NCBI GenBank assembly: GCA_965220745.1
Contig: CBDCQT010000012.1
Location: 576,001-640,000, forward strand
Origin: Alphaproteobacteria bacterium
GTDB taxonomy: Bacteria; Pseudomonadota; Alphaproteobacteria; UBA828
Length of the DNA stretch: 64,000 nt
Direction: 5' to 3'
Part shown: one piece after another, positions 56,206 to 64,000 of the stretch
Layout of the letters: every line of letters begins with the position of its first letter
Numbering within the stretch: position 1 is the first letter of the stretch
The notes under the pieces: model-generated
What the model saw: the letters and a program-made list of their open reading frames with translations, nothing else
Told to the model about the DNA's origin: nothing
The model's database searches: none
Translations under genes and position numbers: made by a program

Positions 56206-57552
56206 TTACTCGCCCGCTTCCTGCAAGCGGGCGCCGCACCACGCCGCCGCGCGCAGCGTCGTCGCGTCGGCGCCTAAGCGTCCCACCACCTGCAGGCCGA
56301 GCGGCAGCCCGTCCACCCAAAGCTCGGGAACGTTGACCGCCGGCACGCCGAGCATGGTCCAGAGCATGGTCTGCAGGCGGCTGCCGGTGAAGGCCAGGCC
56401 CTCGGGCGCAGCACCCGGCGCGGCGGGGGTGAGCGCCGCATCGTAGGGCCGCATGGCGTGCTCGAACGCGCGCCGCATCGCGTCCGCCGCGTCGAGCAGG
56501 GCGAGATAGGCGTCGGTATCGATTTCCCGGCCCGCTTCGATGTGGGCGCGTATGGTATCGGAAAGGTCTGCGGCGCCGCGCTCGTACCAGGGCGCAAGCG
56601 CGTGGGCGATCTCGCGCCGCATGATGCCGAGATGCACCGCTGCCGCGTCGTCGAAGGGAGAGTCGAGGGTGAGCGGCGCCGCGCCACACGCTTCCGCCGC
56701 GGCCTCGTAGGCCGCTGCGGCGTCCGGCTCGACCTCCTCCCAGGCCGGTTGTCTGATGAAGGCAAGCCGGGGTGGCCCAAGAGGCAGAGCGAGGGCGGCG
56801 GCGAGGCGAGTCGGCGCGCGTCTGGCGCTTGCCTGATCCACCCCGTCGTCGCCGGAGATTGCGTCGATGCCGAGCGCCACGTCCTGCACCGAGCCCGCGA
56901 GCACGCCGACGTGGTCGAGGGTGCGCGACAGCCGAGTGACTCCGGTGCGGGGGATCGTGCCGAAGCTCGGCTTCATGCCCCAGACGCCGCAGAAGGCCGC
57001 AGGCCGCACGACCGAGCCGGCAGTCTGGGTGCCGAGCGCCAGCGGCACGCCGCCGGCCGCCACTGTCGCGGCCGAGCCCGAAGAAGAGCCGCCGGGCGTG
57101 CGTGCTGGATCGTGGGGGTTGCGGGTGGCGTTGGCGGCACCGCAGGCAAGCTCGGTGGTTACGGTCTTGCCGAGGATCAGCGCGCCCGCCGCGCGCAGCC
57201 GGCTGACGACCGTGGCATCCGCGCGCGGCCGGCGTCCTTTGTCGAGCGGCGTGCCGTTCTCGGTCGGTTGGTCGGCGGTATCGATGATGTCCTTGACGGC
57301 CACCGGAACGCCCGCGAGCAACCCGCGCGCGCCGGCAGCGTCAATCGCTTGCGCCCGCGCCGCAGCCTCGGCGGGGTCGAGATGGCACCACGCCCGAACC
57401 GCAGACTCGGTCGCGGCAACGCGGTCCAGCGCCGCAGCACAGGCCGCCGCCGTGCTCTCGCGCCCGGCCCGTACCCCGGCTGCAATCTCATCCGCGCTCG
57501 GGCATTGCGGCAGCGCAGGCGCCGCCAATTCGCTCCTATCGGTCGTCGTCAT
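56206..57552 (-). CDS. Amidase signature family protein
   Basis: GVPVAVKD, GKTVTTE, TPGGSSSGSAA, GTQTAGSVVRPA; start moved to MTTTDRS. Confidence 0.92.
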   Translation of the reverse strand: MTTTDRSELAAPALPQCPSADEIAAGVRAGRESTAAACAAALDRVAATESAVRAWCHLDPAEAAARAQAIDAAGARGLLAGVPVAVKDIIDTADQPTENGTPLDKGRRPRADATVVSRLRAAGALILGKTVTTELACGAANATRNPHDPARTPGGSSSGSAATVAAGGVPLALGTQTAGSVVRPAAFCGVWGMKPSFGTIPRTGVTRLSRTLDHVGVLAGSVQDVALGIDAISGDDGVDQASARRAPTRLAAALALPLGPPRLAFIRQPAWEEVEPDAAAAYEAAAEACGAAPLTLDSPFDDAAAVHLGIMRREIAHALAPWYERGAADLSDTIRAHIEAGREIDTDAYLALLDAADAMRRAFEHAMRPYDAALTPAAPGAAPEGLAFTGSRLQTMLWTMLGVPAVNVPELWVDGLPLGLQVVGRLGADATTLRAAAWCGARLQEAGE

Positions 57553-57617
57553 TGTGTGCTCACCCGTGCGTTTTAGTCCTCGTCCTCGCCGTCCGGCCCC
57601 CGGCACTCTGCCGTTGC

Positions 57618-57646
57618 TTGGCAAGCATAGCGGGCAGGGCTATAAG
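57618..57646 (+). promoter_or_regulatory. Putative sigma70 promoter giving a leaderless GT4 transcript
   Basis: TTGGCA-N17-TATAAG, 7 nt before ATG 57654; no Shine-Dalgarno. Confidence 0.5.
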
Positions 57647-57653
57647 CCGACGC

Positions 57654-58691
57654 ATGCTTGTCACCTTGGTTGACGATTCCATCCCATTCAACGGGATGAC
57701 CCCGGCATATCAACCCATCGGTGGCGCCGAAAAGGCGTTCGCCAGCTTGCCGGCTGCGCTCGCGCGCCAGGGCCACGTCGTGCGCGCGGTCAACCGAAGC
57801 CCCAACAGCCTCGGCTTCGAGAACGTAAGCTGGATTCACTGGGAGGGCCGCAAGCCGCCGATCACCGAGGTGCTGATCGCCTTTCGCAAGCCGGCGCTGC
57901 TCGAGTTCACGCGGGCAACGCGGGCGCGCATCCTCTGGGTCACCGGGCCGCCCGACTATCTCCACCGGCCGCCGGTTCACGAGGTGCTGAACCGCACGGA
58001 TGCCAAGCTCGTTTTTCTGGGCAATACCCATTCCGAAGCCTATCGGACCCAGGGCGAGAACCTGGTCTACTACCGCTCGATCGCGCCGGGCGTGCGCGAG
58101 GAATACCGCAGCAAAACCGAGATGTCTCCAGAGGATCCGCCGACTGCGGTGGTCACGACCCACCCCAAGCATGATCTCGACTGGCTGCTCGACTTGTGGA
58201 TCGAGCGGATTCGCCCGCAGGCGCCGAACGCCCAGTTGCAGGTTTATTCGGCCGCTTTCAAACGCGCCGAGACCGCCGGTGACGCTCTCGCCGACGATCT
58301 CAAGCCGATTTACGAGAAGGCGCGGGCAGGCGCCGACCACGGGGTGACGATCATGGCCCCGGCCGGCGACCGGGACATGGCGAAGGCCTACGCCCGCGCC
58401 CGGGTGCACCTCTATCCCGGCTCCGAACGCGAGATGTACTGCTCGACGTTGGCGGAATCGCAGGCCGTGGGCCTGCCGGCGGTGGCTCGGCCGGTCGGTT
58501 CCGTGAAAGAGCGCTTCACCGATCGTCAGTCGGGCTTTCTTGCGCCCGACGACGATGCCTTCGTGGAGAACGCGCTGGCCATGTTGAAGGACGACGAGGC
58601 CTTCCAGGCGGCGAGCAAGACCGCCACCCGGAGCGGCCGGGGACGAAGCTGGGATGCCGCAGCCACCGAGTTCGAAACGCTCTTCCGATGA
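57654..58691 (+). CDS. Glycosyltransferase family 4 (GT-B)
   Basis: IGGAEKAF, LARQGH.V, EMYCSTLAESQAVGLP (Ex7E), SGFL, RSWD. Confidence 0.85.
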   Translation: MLVTLVDDSIPFNGMTPAYQPIGGAEKAFASLPAALARQGHVVRAVNRSPNSLGFENVSWIHWEGRKPPITEVLIAFRKPALLEFTRATRARILWVTGPPDYLHRPPVHEVLNRTDAKLVFLGNTHSEAYRTQGENLVYYRSIAPGVREEYRSKTEMSPEDPPTAVVTTHPKHDLDWLLDLWIERIRPQAPNAQLQVYSAAFKRAETAGDALADDLKPIYEKARAGADHGVTIMAPAGDRDMAKAYARARVHLYPGSEREMYCSTLAESQAVGLPAVARPVGSVKERFTDRQSGFLAPDDDAFVENALAMLKDDEAFQAASKTATRSGRGRSWDAAATEFETLFR

Positions 58692-58746
58692 AGAGTTCCT
58701 TCATCGCCGCGACATGGAGGGGTGACGCGGACCTTTAGAAGCGTTG

Positions 58747-60480
58747 ATGGCCCGCCCGGACGACGCTGTCGCATTCGTGGTGCCGGTCTACAACAAGGCG
58801 CGCTGGCTGCCGCGCGTTTTGGAGCAGATCGCCGCGCAGCGCGGGAGCTTCGCCCGCGAATACATCTTCGTCGATGACGGCAGCACCGACGGGTCGCTGT
58901 CGGTCCTGAAGCGCCACACCGCGGGCTGGCGCAACGTCACGATCGTCGAGCAGCCGAACCACGGGCCGGCACACGCCACGAACCGGGGCATCGAGAGGGC
59001 GACGGCGCCCTTCATCAAGCTCTGCGACGCCGACGACCTGCTGGCCGACGATGCGACGGCGGTCTTGCTGGACGCTCTGTGCCGGGACGAAAGGCCGGTT
59101 CTCGCCTATGGCGGCGGCGAGGACTTCGATGACGAAGCGGATATCGTCCTGAACGCCCCGCTCGCGGGCGCCCCTGCCGCCGTCATCGCGAGGCCGCTCA
59201 GGCCGGCGCTCAGGCACAAATCCTTCGGGCCGGCCCAGTGCCTCATTCGGACCGCTGCGGCCCGAGACTGCGGCGGCTGCGACGAGCGCATTCCATTCGC
59301 ACAGGACTATACACTGGCGCTCAGGCTGACAGGGCAGGGGCCGTTCCTCCGCGTGGGGGCCACGGTCGCGTTCTTTCCGCGCGACGTGCCGGACCGGCTG
59401 AGCGCGGACACACCCCGTGAGTTACGCGATGCGACGACGACCCTCGCGCGTTTTGTCGAAGACCGACCGCAGCTCCCGTGGCGTCACAAGCAGTTCGCGT
59501 GCCGGCGGGCCGCAGGCCGGTGCCGCCGCTTCGCCGCCCGCAGCGGGGCAGGGGCGGGTGCACTGCGGCGCGGGAATGCACTCTACCGGCGCAGCCGCCT
59601 GCCGATCATGCGCAATCATGCCGTATTCATCGAGCGCTGTGCCGAGGTCATCGCAACGAGCGCTGGCACGGCGGGGCCATCGGCGCGCCCCCGCCTCTCG
59701 GCCCTTGTGGTCGCGCGCAACGAGCAAGAGCAACTCGCGGACTGCCTGGAGACGTTGCGCTTCGCCGACGAGATCGTGGTGGTGCTCGACCGCTGCGCCG
59801 ACGGCTCGCGGGCGATCGCGGAGCGCTACAGCCGGACGATCGTCGAGGGCGCCTGGTCGCTCGAAGGACCGCGCCGCCATGCCGGTATCGATGCCTGCAC
59901 GGGTGACTGGATCTTGGAGGTCGATGCCGACGAGCGGGTGCCCGAGGCGCTGGCGCGGGAAATCCGCGAGACCATCCGCGATGCGACGCCGGGCTACTTC
60001 ATGGTTCCGTTCGAGAACTTCGTCGGCGAGCGGCTGGTGCGCCACGGCTGGGGCGGCGTGTGGGGGGTCACGAAGACCGCGCGTCTGTTCACCCCTGGCG
60101 CCAAGCATTGGGGCGATCAACGCATCCACCCGCGGGTCGCTCTGCGAGGGCCGGAGCGCCGCTTGACGGCGGCCATGCATCACCATGTCGACCGGGATCT
60201 GGCGGACATGGTGGAGCGGCTGCAGCGCTACACCGACGCGCACGCCGCCGACCTGCGCGAGTCCGGCTCGCGCCTGCCGCCGTTGATCTGGACGTTCCGC
60301 CGCTCGCTCTCGCGCTTCCTGAAGTGCTACGTGAGCCGGCGCGGCTACCGCGAGGGTCGATTGGGATTTGCCATTGCGCTCATGGCCGCACTCTACCCGC
60401 TGCTTTCACACCTCAAGGCCGAGCTGGACGGGCGGGCCGCCGAGGAGGGGGGTCCTCCCGCCGGCCAAGGCCCTACATGA
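58747..60480 (+). CDS. Two-domain glycosyltransferase family 2 fusion
   Basis: Domain 1: VVPVYN, VDDGSTDGS, CDADD. Domain 2: LSALVVARNE, DRCADGS, WILEVDADE, RIHP, GYREG..G. Confidence 0.85.
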   Translation: MARPDDAVAFVVPVYNKARWLPRVLEQIAAQRGSFAREYIFVDDGSTDGSLSVLKRHTAGWRNVTIVEQPNHGPAHATNRGIERATAPFIKLCDADDLLADDATAVLLDALCRDERPVLAYGGGEDFDDEADIVLNAPLAGAPAAVIARPLRPALRHKSFGPAQCLIRTAAARDCGGCDERIPFAQDYTLALRLTGQGPFLRVGATVAFFPRDVPDRLSADTPRELRDATTTLARFVEDRPQLPWRHKQFACRRAAGRCRRFAARSGAGAGALRRGNALYRRSRLPIMRNHAVFIERCAEVIATSAGTAGPSARPRLSALVVARNEQEQLADCLETLRFADEIVVVLDRCADGSRAIAERYSRTIVEGAWSLEGPRRHAGIDACTGDWILEVDADERVPEALAREIRETIRDATPGYFMVPFENFVGERLVRHGWGGVWGVTKTARLFTPGAKHWGDQRIHPRVALRGPERRLTAAMHHHVDRDLADMVERLQRYTDAHAADLRESGSRLPPLIWTFRRSLSRFLKCYVSRRGYREGRLGFAIALMAALYPLLSHLKAELDGRAAEEGGPPAGQGPT

Positions 60481-61129
60481 CGCCGTATTTCTCCCAGGCC
60501 TCGGTGGTCGAGAGTCCAGCCTCGATCTCCTGGGCAATGATGTTTTCCATGCGGCGCTTCTCCAGCGCTTTCTCTACGCATTCGGCCGCGACGTCGCCCG
60601 GGACCACGAGCACGCCGTCGTCGTCGCCCACGATCAGGTCTCCCGGCCGGACGGCGACCTCGGCGATGCGAACCGGCTCCCGATAGGCGACCACCCGGCC
60701 CCGGCCGCGCTGGTCCTGCGCGTAGGAGCCGCGCGCAAAGACCGGCAGCGTCATGGCACGAATCTCCCGCGTATCGCGCATGTAACCGTCGAGCACGGCG
60801 CCTGCCGCGTTCTGCGCCAGCGCACGGGTGGTCATCAGCTCGCCCCAGAGCGCGAAGGGCGGCGCGCCGGCGGCGGCGACGTAGACCTCGTCCTTACCGA
60901 GAGAATCGAGGGCCTCGAACATCAGGCCGAAGCTGTGATCGTCGGGCGTCGCAGCAACCTCCAGCAGCGGCATCGCCCGGCCGACCAGCGTGGTGCCGGG
61001 CATGGCCGAGCAGATTTCGGGTGGCAAGAATTGGTGGCGGCGGCCGAGGGTGTCGAGCACGTCCCCCAACTGCGCGGTGGAAAGCTCAGCACGGACCTTC
61101 GCGAGAAGCGTGTCGGGAACCTGGGTCAT
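60473..61129 (-). CDS. RraA / HMG-aldolase family protein
   Basis: LSTAQLGD, ALWGELM, VLDGYMRD, PGDLIVGDDDGVLVVP. Confidence 0.88.
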   Translation of the reverse strand: MTQVPDTLLAKVRAELSTAQLGDVLDTLGRRHQFLPPEICSAMPGTTLVGRAMPLLEVAATPDDHSFGLMFEALDSLGKDEVYVAAAGAPPFALWGELMTTRALAQNAAGAVLDGYMRDTREIRAMTLPVFARGSYAQDQRGRGRVVAYREPVRIAEVAVRPGDLIVGDDDGVLVVPGDVAAECVEKALEKRRMENIIAQEIEAGLSTTEAWEKYGVM

Positions 61130-62037
61130 GGCGATTCTTCCTCCGGCTGGGTCGGGCGCGTGCGGTCGATCAGGGTCGCGATGACGGGATGGTAGCGCGC
61201 GCCGAGCCCGCACTCGATGGCTTCGGTGAACAGCGCCTTGACCAGCGCTGCGCCCTCGGACTCGACTCCCGATTCCTGCGCGAGATCAAGCGCGTAGTCG
61301 AGGTCTTTCAGTGCGTATGTGACGGGAAACGCGCCCTCGGGGAAGCGCCCTTTCAACATCGCCTTCATGCCATGATTGCGCAGCGCGAAACTGTCGCCTG
61401 AGCTTCGCCCCACGGCCTCCAGGAACGTCTGGGGCTCGATCCCCTGACGGCGCGCGATCGCGAGCCCCTCCGCCAGCGCCCGGACGTTCTGGAAGAGGAT
61501 CATGTTGTTCAGGATCTTCACCGCCTGGCCGCTGCCGACCGGGCCGCAATGGGTCACGTCTTGCGCGATGTGGGCGAGCAGGGGGCGCAGTCGCTCCACC
61601 AGCGCGGTATCGCCGCCCACCATGATGCTGAGCGTTCCGTCGACGGCGGCTTGGCGGGTGCGCGCGATCGGCGCATCGGCGAAGGCGATGCCGCGTACTG
61701 CGAACGTGCTTTCGAGCTCGCGGGCGAGCGCGGGCGGCGCGGTGCTCGTGTCGACCACGGTGCGCCCGGTGGGGAGGTGGTGGATCAGGCCGCTTTCGCC
61801 AAGGCACACGGTCCGCACCTCGCGGCCGGAAGGGAGCGACAGGAAGATCAGATCGCAGGCCTCGGCGAGCGCCGCAATGGAGGACGCGATTCCCGCTCCG
61901 TCGGCGGCGAGCCGCTGCAACGGTGCCGGGTCGAGGTCGTAGGCGGTGACCGGCCCGTCGTGCTTGCGCACGAGGTTGCGGCACATGGGCTCGCCCATGA
62001 CGCCCACGCCGATGAAGCCGATGCGCTCGCCGCTCAC
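61126..62037 (-). CDS. NAD(P)-dependent beta-hydroxyacid dehydrogenase (3-hydroxyisobutyrate / tartronate semialdehyde reductase family)
   Basis: GTGA overlap with tcuA stop; IGFIGVGVMG, DAPIART, LSIMVGG, KILNN, KDL. Confidence 0.9.
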   Translation of the reverse strand: MSGERIGFIGVGVMGEPMCRNLVRKHDGPVTAYDLDPAPLQRLAADGAGIASSIAALAEACDLIFLSLPSGREVRTVCLGESGLIHHLPTGRTVVDTSTAPPALARELESTFAVRGIAFADAPIARTRQAAVDGTLSIMVGGDTALVERLRPLLAHIAQDVTHCGPVGSGQAVKILNNMILFQNVRALAEGLAIARRQGIEPQTFLEAVGRSSGDSFALRNHGMKAMLKGRFPEGAFPVTYALKDLDYALDLAQESGVESEGAALVKALFTEAIECGLGARYHPVIATLIDRTRPTQPEEESP

Positions 62038-63536
62038 GACGCGCCCTCCATTGCGAATTGGGCGGTGCCCGTGCCGGCGAGGCGGCCGAAGACCGCCCCC
62101 GAGACCAGGCCCGTGCCGCCCGGATAGTTGCCGTAGAAGAGCCCGCCGACCAGCTCGCCCGCCGCGAAGAGGCCGGGGATCGGCGCGCCGGAGACAGCCT
62201 GCACCCGCGCGCCGGGGTCGATGGCGAGACCGCCGAAGGTGAAGGTGATGCCGCAGGTCACGGCGTAGGCCTCGAAGGGCGGAGTCTCGATCCGGTTGGC
62301 CCAATTGGACTTGGGCGGGGCGAGGCCGCGGGTGCCGCGGCCGTCCTTCACGGTGGGGTCGAAGGGCACTTCCGTCATCACGGCGTCGTTGTACGCCCGC
62401 ACGGTTGCGAGAAAGCGCGTACCGTCGATGCCCTCCATGCGCGCGGCAAGCTCCTCCAGCGTGTCGGCCTTCGCCTTGGTGACCTGGCGGATGCGGTACT
62501 CGTCGCGCAGCAGGTGGCTCACCTGCGCGTCGAAAACCTGCCACGCAACTTGACCGGGCTGCTCCAGCACCCGGCGGCCATAGGCGGCGTAGGTGTAGTT
62601 CCGAAAATCCGCGCCCTCGTCGACGAAGCGCTCGCCCGCCGCGTTGACGATGATGGAGAAGGGGTAGCTGTGCTTCTGGAAGCCGTCGCCCACGGCGAGG
62701 TCGCCGAATTCCGGCGCATTCCGGTCCCAGGCGACCGCGTGACAGCCCGACCAGTTGCCCGCTGGCATGGCGCCGGCGTCGAGCGCCATGCGGATGCCGT
62801 CGCCCTGGTTGAAGCGGGTCCCGCGCACCTTGGCGAGGTCCCAGCCGGGCCCGAGATAGCGCGCCCGCCACGCGGCGTTGGCCTCGAAGCCGCCGCAGGC
62901 GAGCACCACCGCCGGCGCATGGACCTGGACCGTGCGGCCGCCTATGCGTGCGATCACACCGCGCACGCCCGAGTCATCGGTGAGCAGAGAGAGACCTGCG
63001 GCTCGGTAGTGGACGGTGATGCCCGCCTTTACCGCGGCCTCGTACAGCGCTTGGACGAGACCCGGCCCGCCGCCCCAGGCCTCGACCGCGAGCCCGCCCC
63101 AGAAGCGGAAGCGCCCGTCCTCCCGCTTGAACGCCTGACGGCCGTAGCTCGGCTGAAAGCGCACACCCCTTTCGCGCATCCAGACGAGCGTGGCGTGGCT
63201 GCGGGTCACCAGCTGCTCCACGAGGTCGGGATCGGCGCGGTACTGGGTGAGCCGCGCCATGTCGTCGTAGTAGTCGGCCTCGGTGTAAGCGCCGAAGTCG
63301 GTTTCGGCCAGCTCGCGCTCGGAGAGATCGGGCATCAGGGCGCGAAGCGAATCGGGCCCGTCGAAGACCACCCGCATGGCGCCGGCGGTATAGGTGCTGT
63401 TGCCGCCGCGCTCCTCTTCCGGCGCGGCTTCAAGGAGCCGCACGCGGGCGCCGGCCTCCGCCGCGGCGAGCGCCGCCGTGAGCGCGGCGTTGCCGCCGCC
63501 CACGACCACGACATCGGCTGAGAGCGCCTCGGTCAT
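62034..63536 (-). CDS. tcuA: FAD-dependent tricarballylate dehydrogenase-like flavoprotein
   Basis: VVGGGNAA, RGGNS.YT, FWGGL, GGFEAN, RGTRFNQGDG, SGCH, TFTFGGL, NYPGGTGL..GAVFGR. Confidence 0.88.
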   Translation of the reverse strand: MTEALSADVVVVGGGNAALTAALAAAEAGARVRLLEAAPEEERGGNSTYTAGAMRVVFDGPDSLRALMPDLSERELAETDFGAYTEADYYDDMARLTQYRADPDLVEQLVTRSHATLVWMRERGVRFQPSYGRQAFKREDGRFRFWGGLAVEAWGGGPGLVQALYEAAVKAGITVHYRAAGLSLLTDDSGVRGVIARIGGRTVQVHAPAVVLACGGFEANAAWRARYLGPGWDLAKVRGTRFNQGDGIRMALDAGAMPAGNWSGCHAVAWDRNAPEFGDLAVGDGFQKHSYPFSIIVNAAGERFVDEGADFRNYTYAAYGRRVLEQPGQVAWQVFDAQVSHLLRDEYRIRQVTKAKADTLEELAARMEGIDGTRFLATVRAYNDAVMTEVPFDPTVKDGRGTRGLAPPKSNWANRIETPPFEAYAVTCGITFTFGGLAIDPGARVQAVSGAPIPGLFAAGELVGGLFYGNYPGGTGLVSGAVFGRLAGTGTAQFAMEGAS

Positions 63537-63732
63537 CCTATTCCCGTGGTCCTGGGTCGCGCCGCTGTCACCGCAAGCTCCGCATGACGCTGTCTCAACA
63601 GACGGTTCGCCGTGTCGCGCATGCCGCCGGCCGCAGTTCGTCCGATCGAAGCGTCGCGGTCAAGGTTCGAGTGGAGATCGATTTCGACGGCAGCGGTGGA
63701 CGCTCGCACCGCAGCTGTTGTATCGTGTCAAC

Positions 63733-63984
63733 ATGCCTCGGGCGAAGCATCCGAAGAAGGAGGTCGAAAGTGCCCTACGCGATGCCGAAAGCGCCGGTTG
63801 GACCGTGACGCCGACACAATCTGGGCATCGCTGGGGCATGATGAGATGCGGCGTGGAAGGTCCTTACGGTTGTCAGATGTCAATCTGGTCCACGCCCCGC
63901 AACACTGGCAACCACGCCAAGCAACTGCGGCGGTTCATCGCTCGCTGTCCGCATACGTGGGCCCAGCGAGCGGGAGAAGGCTGA
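63733..63984 (+). CDS. Small basic HicA-like protein (putative toxin)
   Basis: MPRAKHPKKEVESALRDAESAGWTV..SGHRWG..C..C..SIWSTPRN..HAKQLRR; GW...GH pattern of the HicA fold. Confidence 0.7.
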   Translation: MPRAKHPKKEVESALRDAESAGWTVTPTQSGHRWGMMRCGVEGPYGCQMSIWSTPRNTGNHAKQLRRFIARCPHTWAQRAGEG

Positions 63985-63985
63985 A

Positions 63986-64000
63986 ATGTCTACGTTTCAC
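63986..64000 (+). CDS. Probable start of a coupled downstream gene (MSTFH...), truncated by window end
   Basis: ATG 1 nt after the upstream stop, preceded by GGGAGAAGG. Confidence 0.35.

Noticed and set aside
62038-62871. 581-aa version of the hydroxyacid dehydrogenase ORF
   Set aside because: The extension is an alternate frame inside tcuA; the Rossmann motif starts right after GTG 62037
63660-63690. GGTTCGA resembling a tRNA T-loop (also near 16400)
   Set aside because: No cloverleaf stems or acceptor end can be formed around it

Overview
GC-rich bacterial chromosomal window, probably alphaproteobacterial (inferred from petABC, NADP-Icd, the ybbAP/tesA layout and the repeat types). About 58 CDS can be called. 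Left: a partial UxaA-family dehydratase, then a same-strand catabolic run (M24 hydrolase, acyl-CoA ligase, crotonase, Liv-type ABC transporter, class III aminotransferase, hydantoinase/oxoprolinase A+B). Middle: petABC, fhs, an S8 protease, icd, LOG, a diheme cytochrome c, a 1055-aa acidic-repeat LysM protein, MarR, a ferredoxin-NADP reductase with 2-oxoacid:ferredoxin oxidoreductase, and assorted housekeeping genes. Right: a split transketolase, a soluble di-iron monooxygenase cluster, bolA, a deacetylase, DegP, a degenerate MlaF-like ATPase, a phospho-lyase/kinase pair, FIST, an amidase, glycosyltransferases, a tcuA-led operon and a HicA-like gene. The most striking item is an intact tmoA-B-C-D-like cluster (46062-48560) with a divergent substrate pocket. 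It has no beta subunit, reductase or regulator in the window and ends exactly at a nested inverted-repeat element. A second, clean 273-bp MITE lies upstream of degP. No rRNA, tRNA, CRISPR array or transposase was seen. All family calls come from motif recognition without database searches, and many ORF-track starts were shortened to likelier starts.
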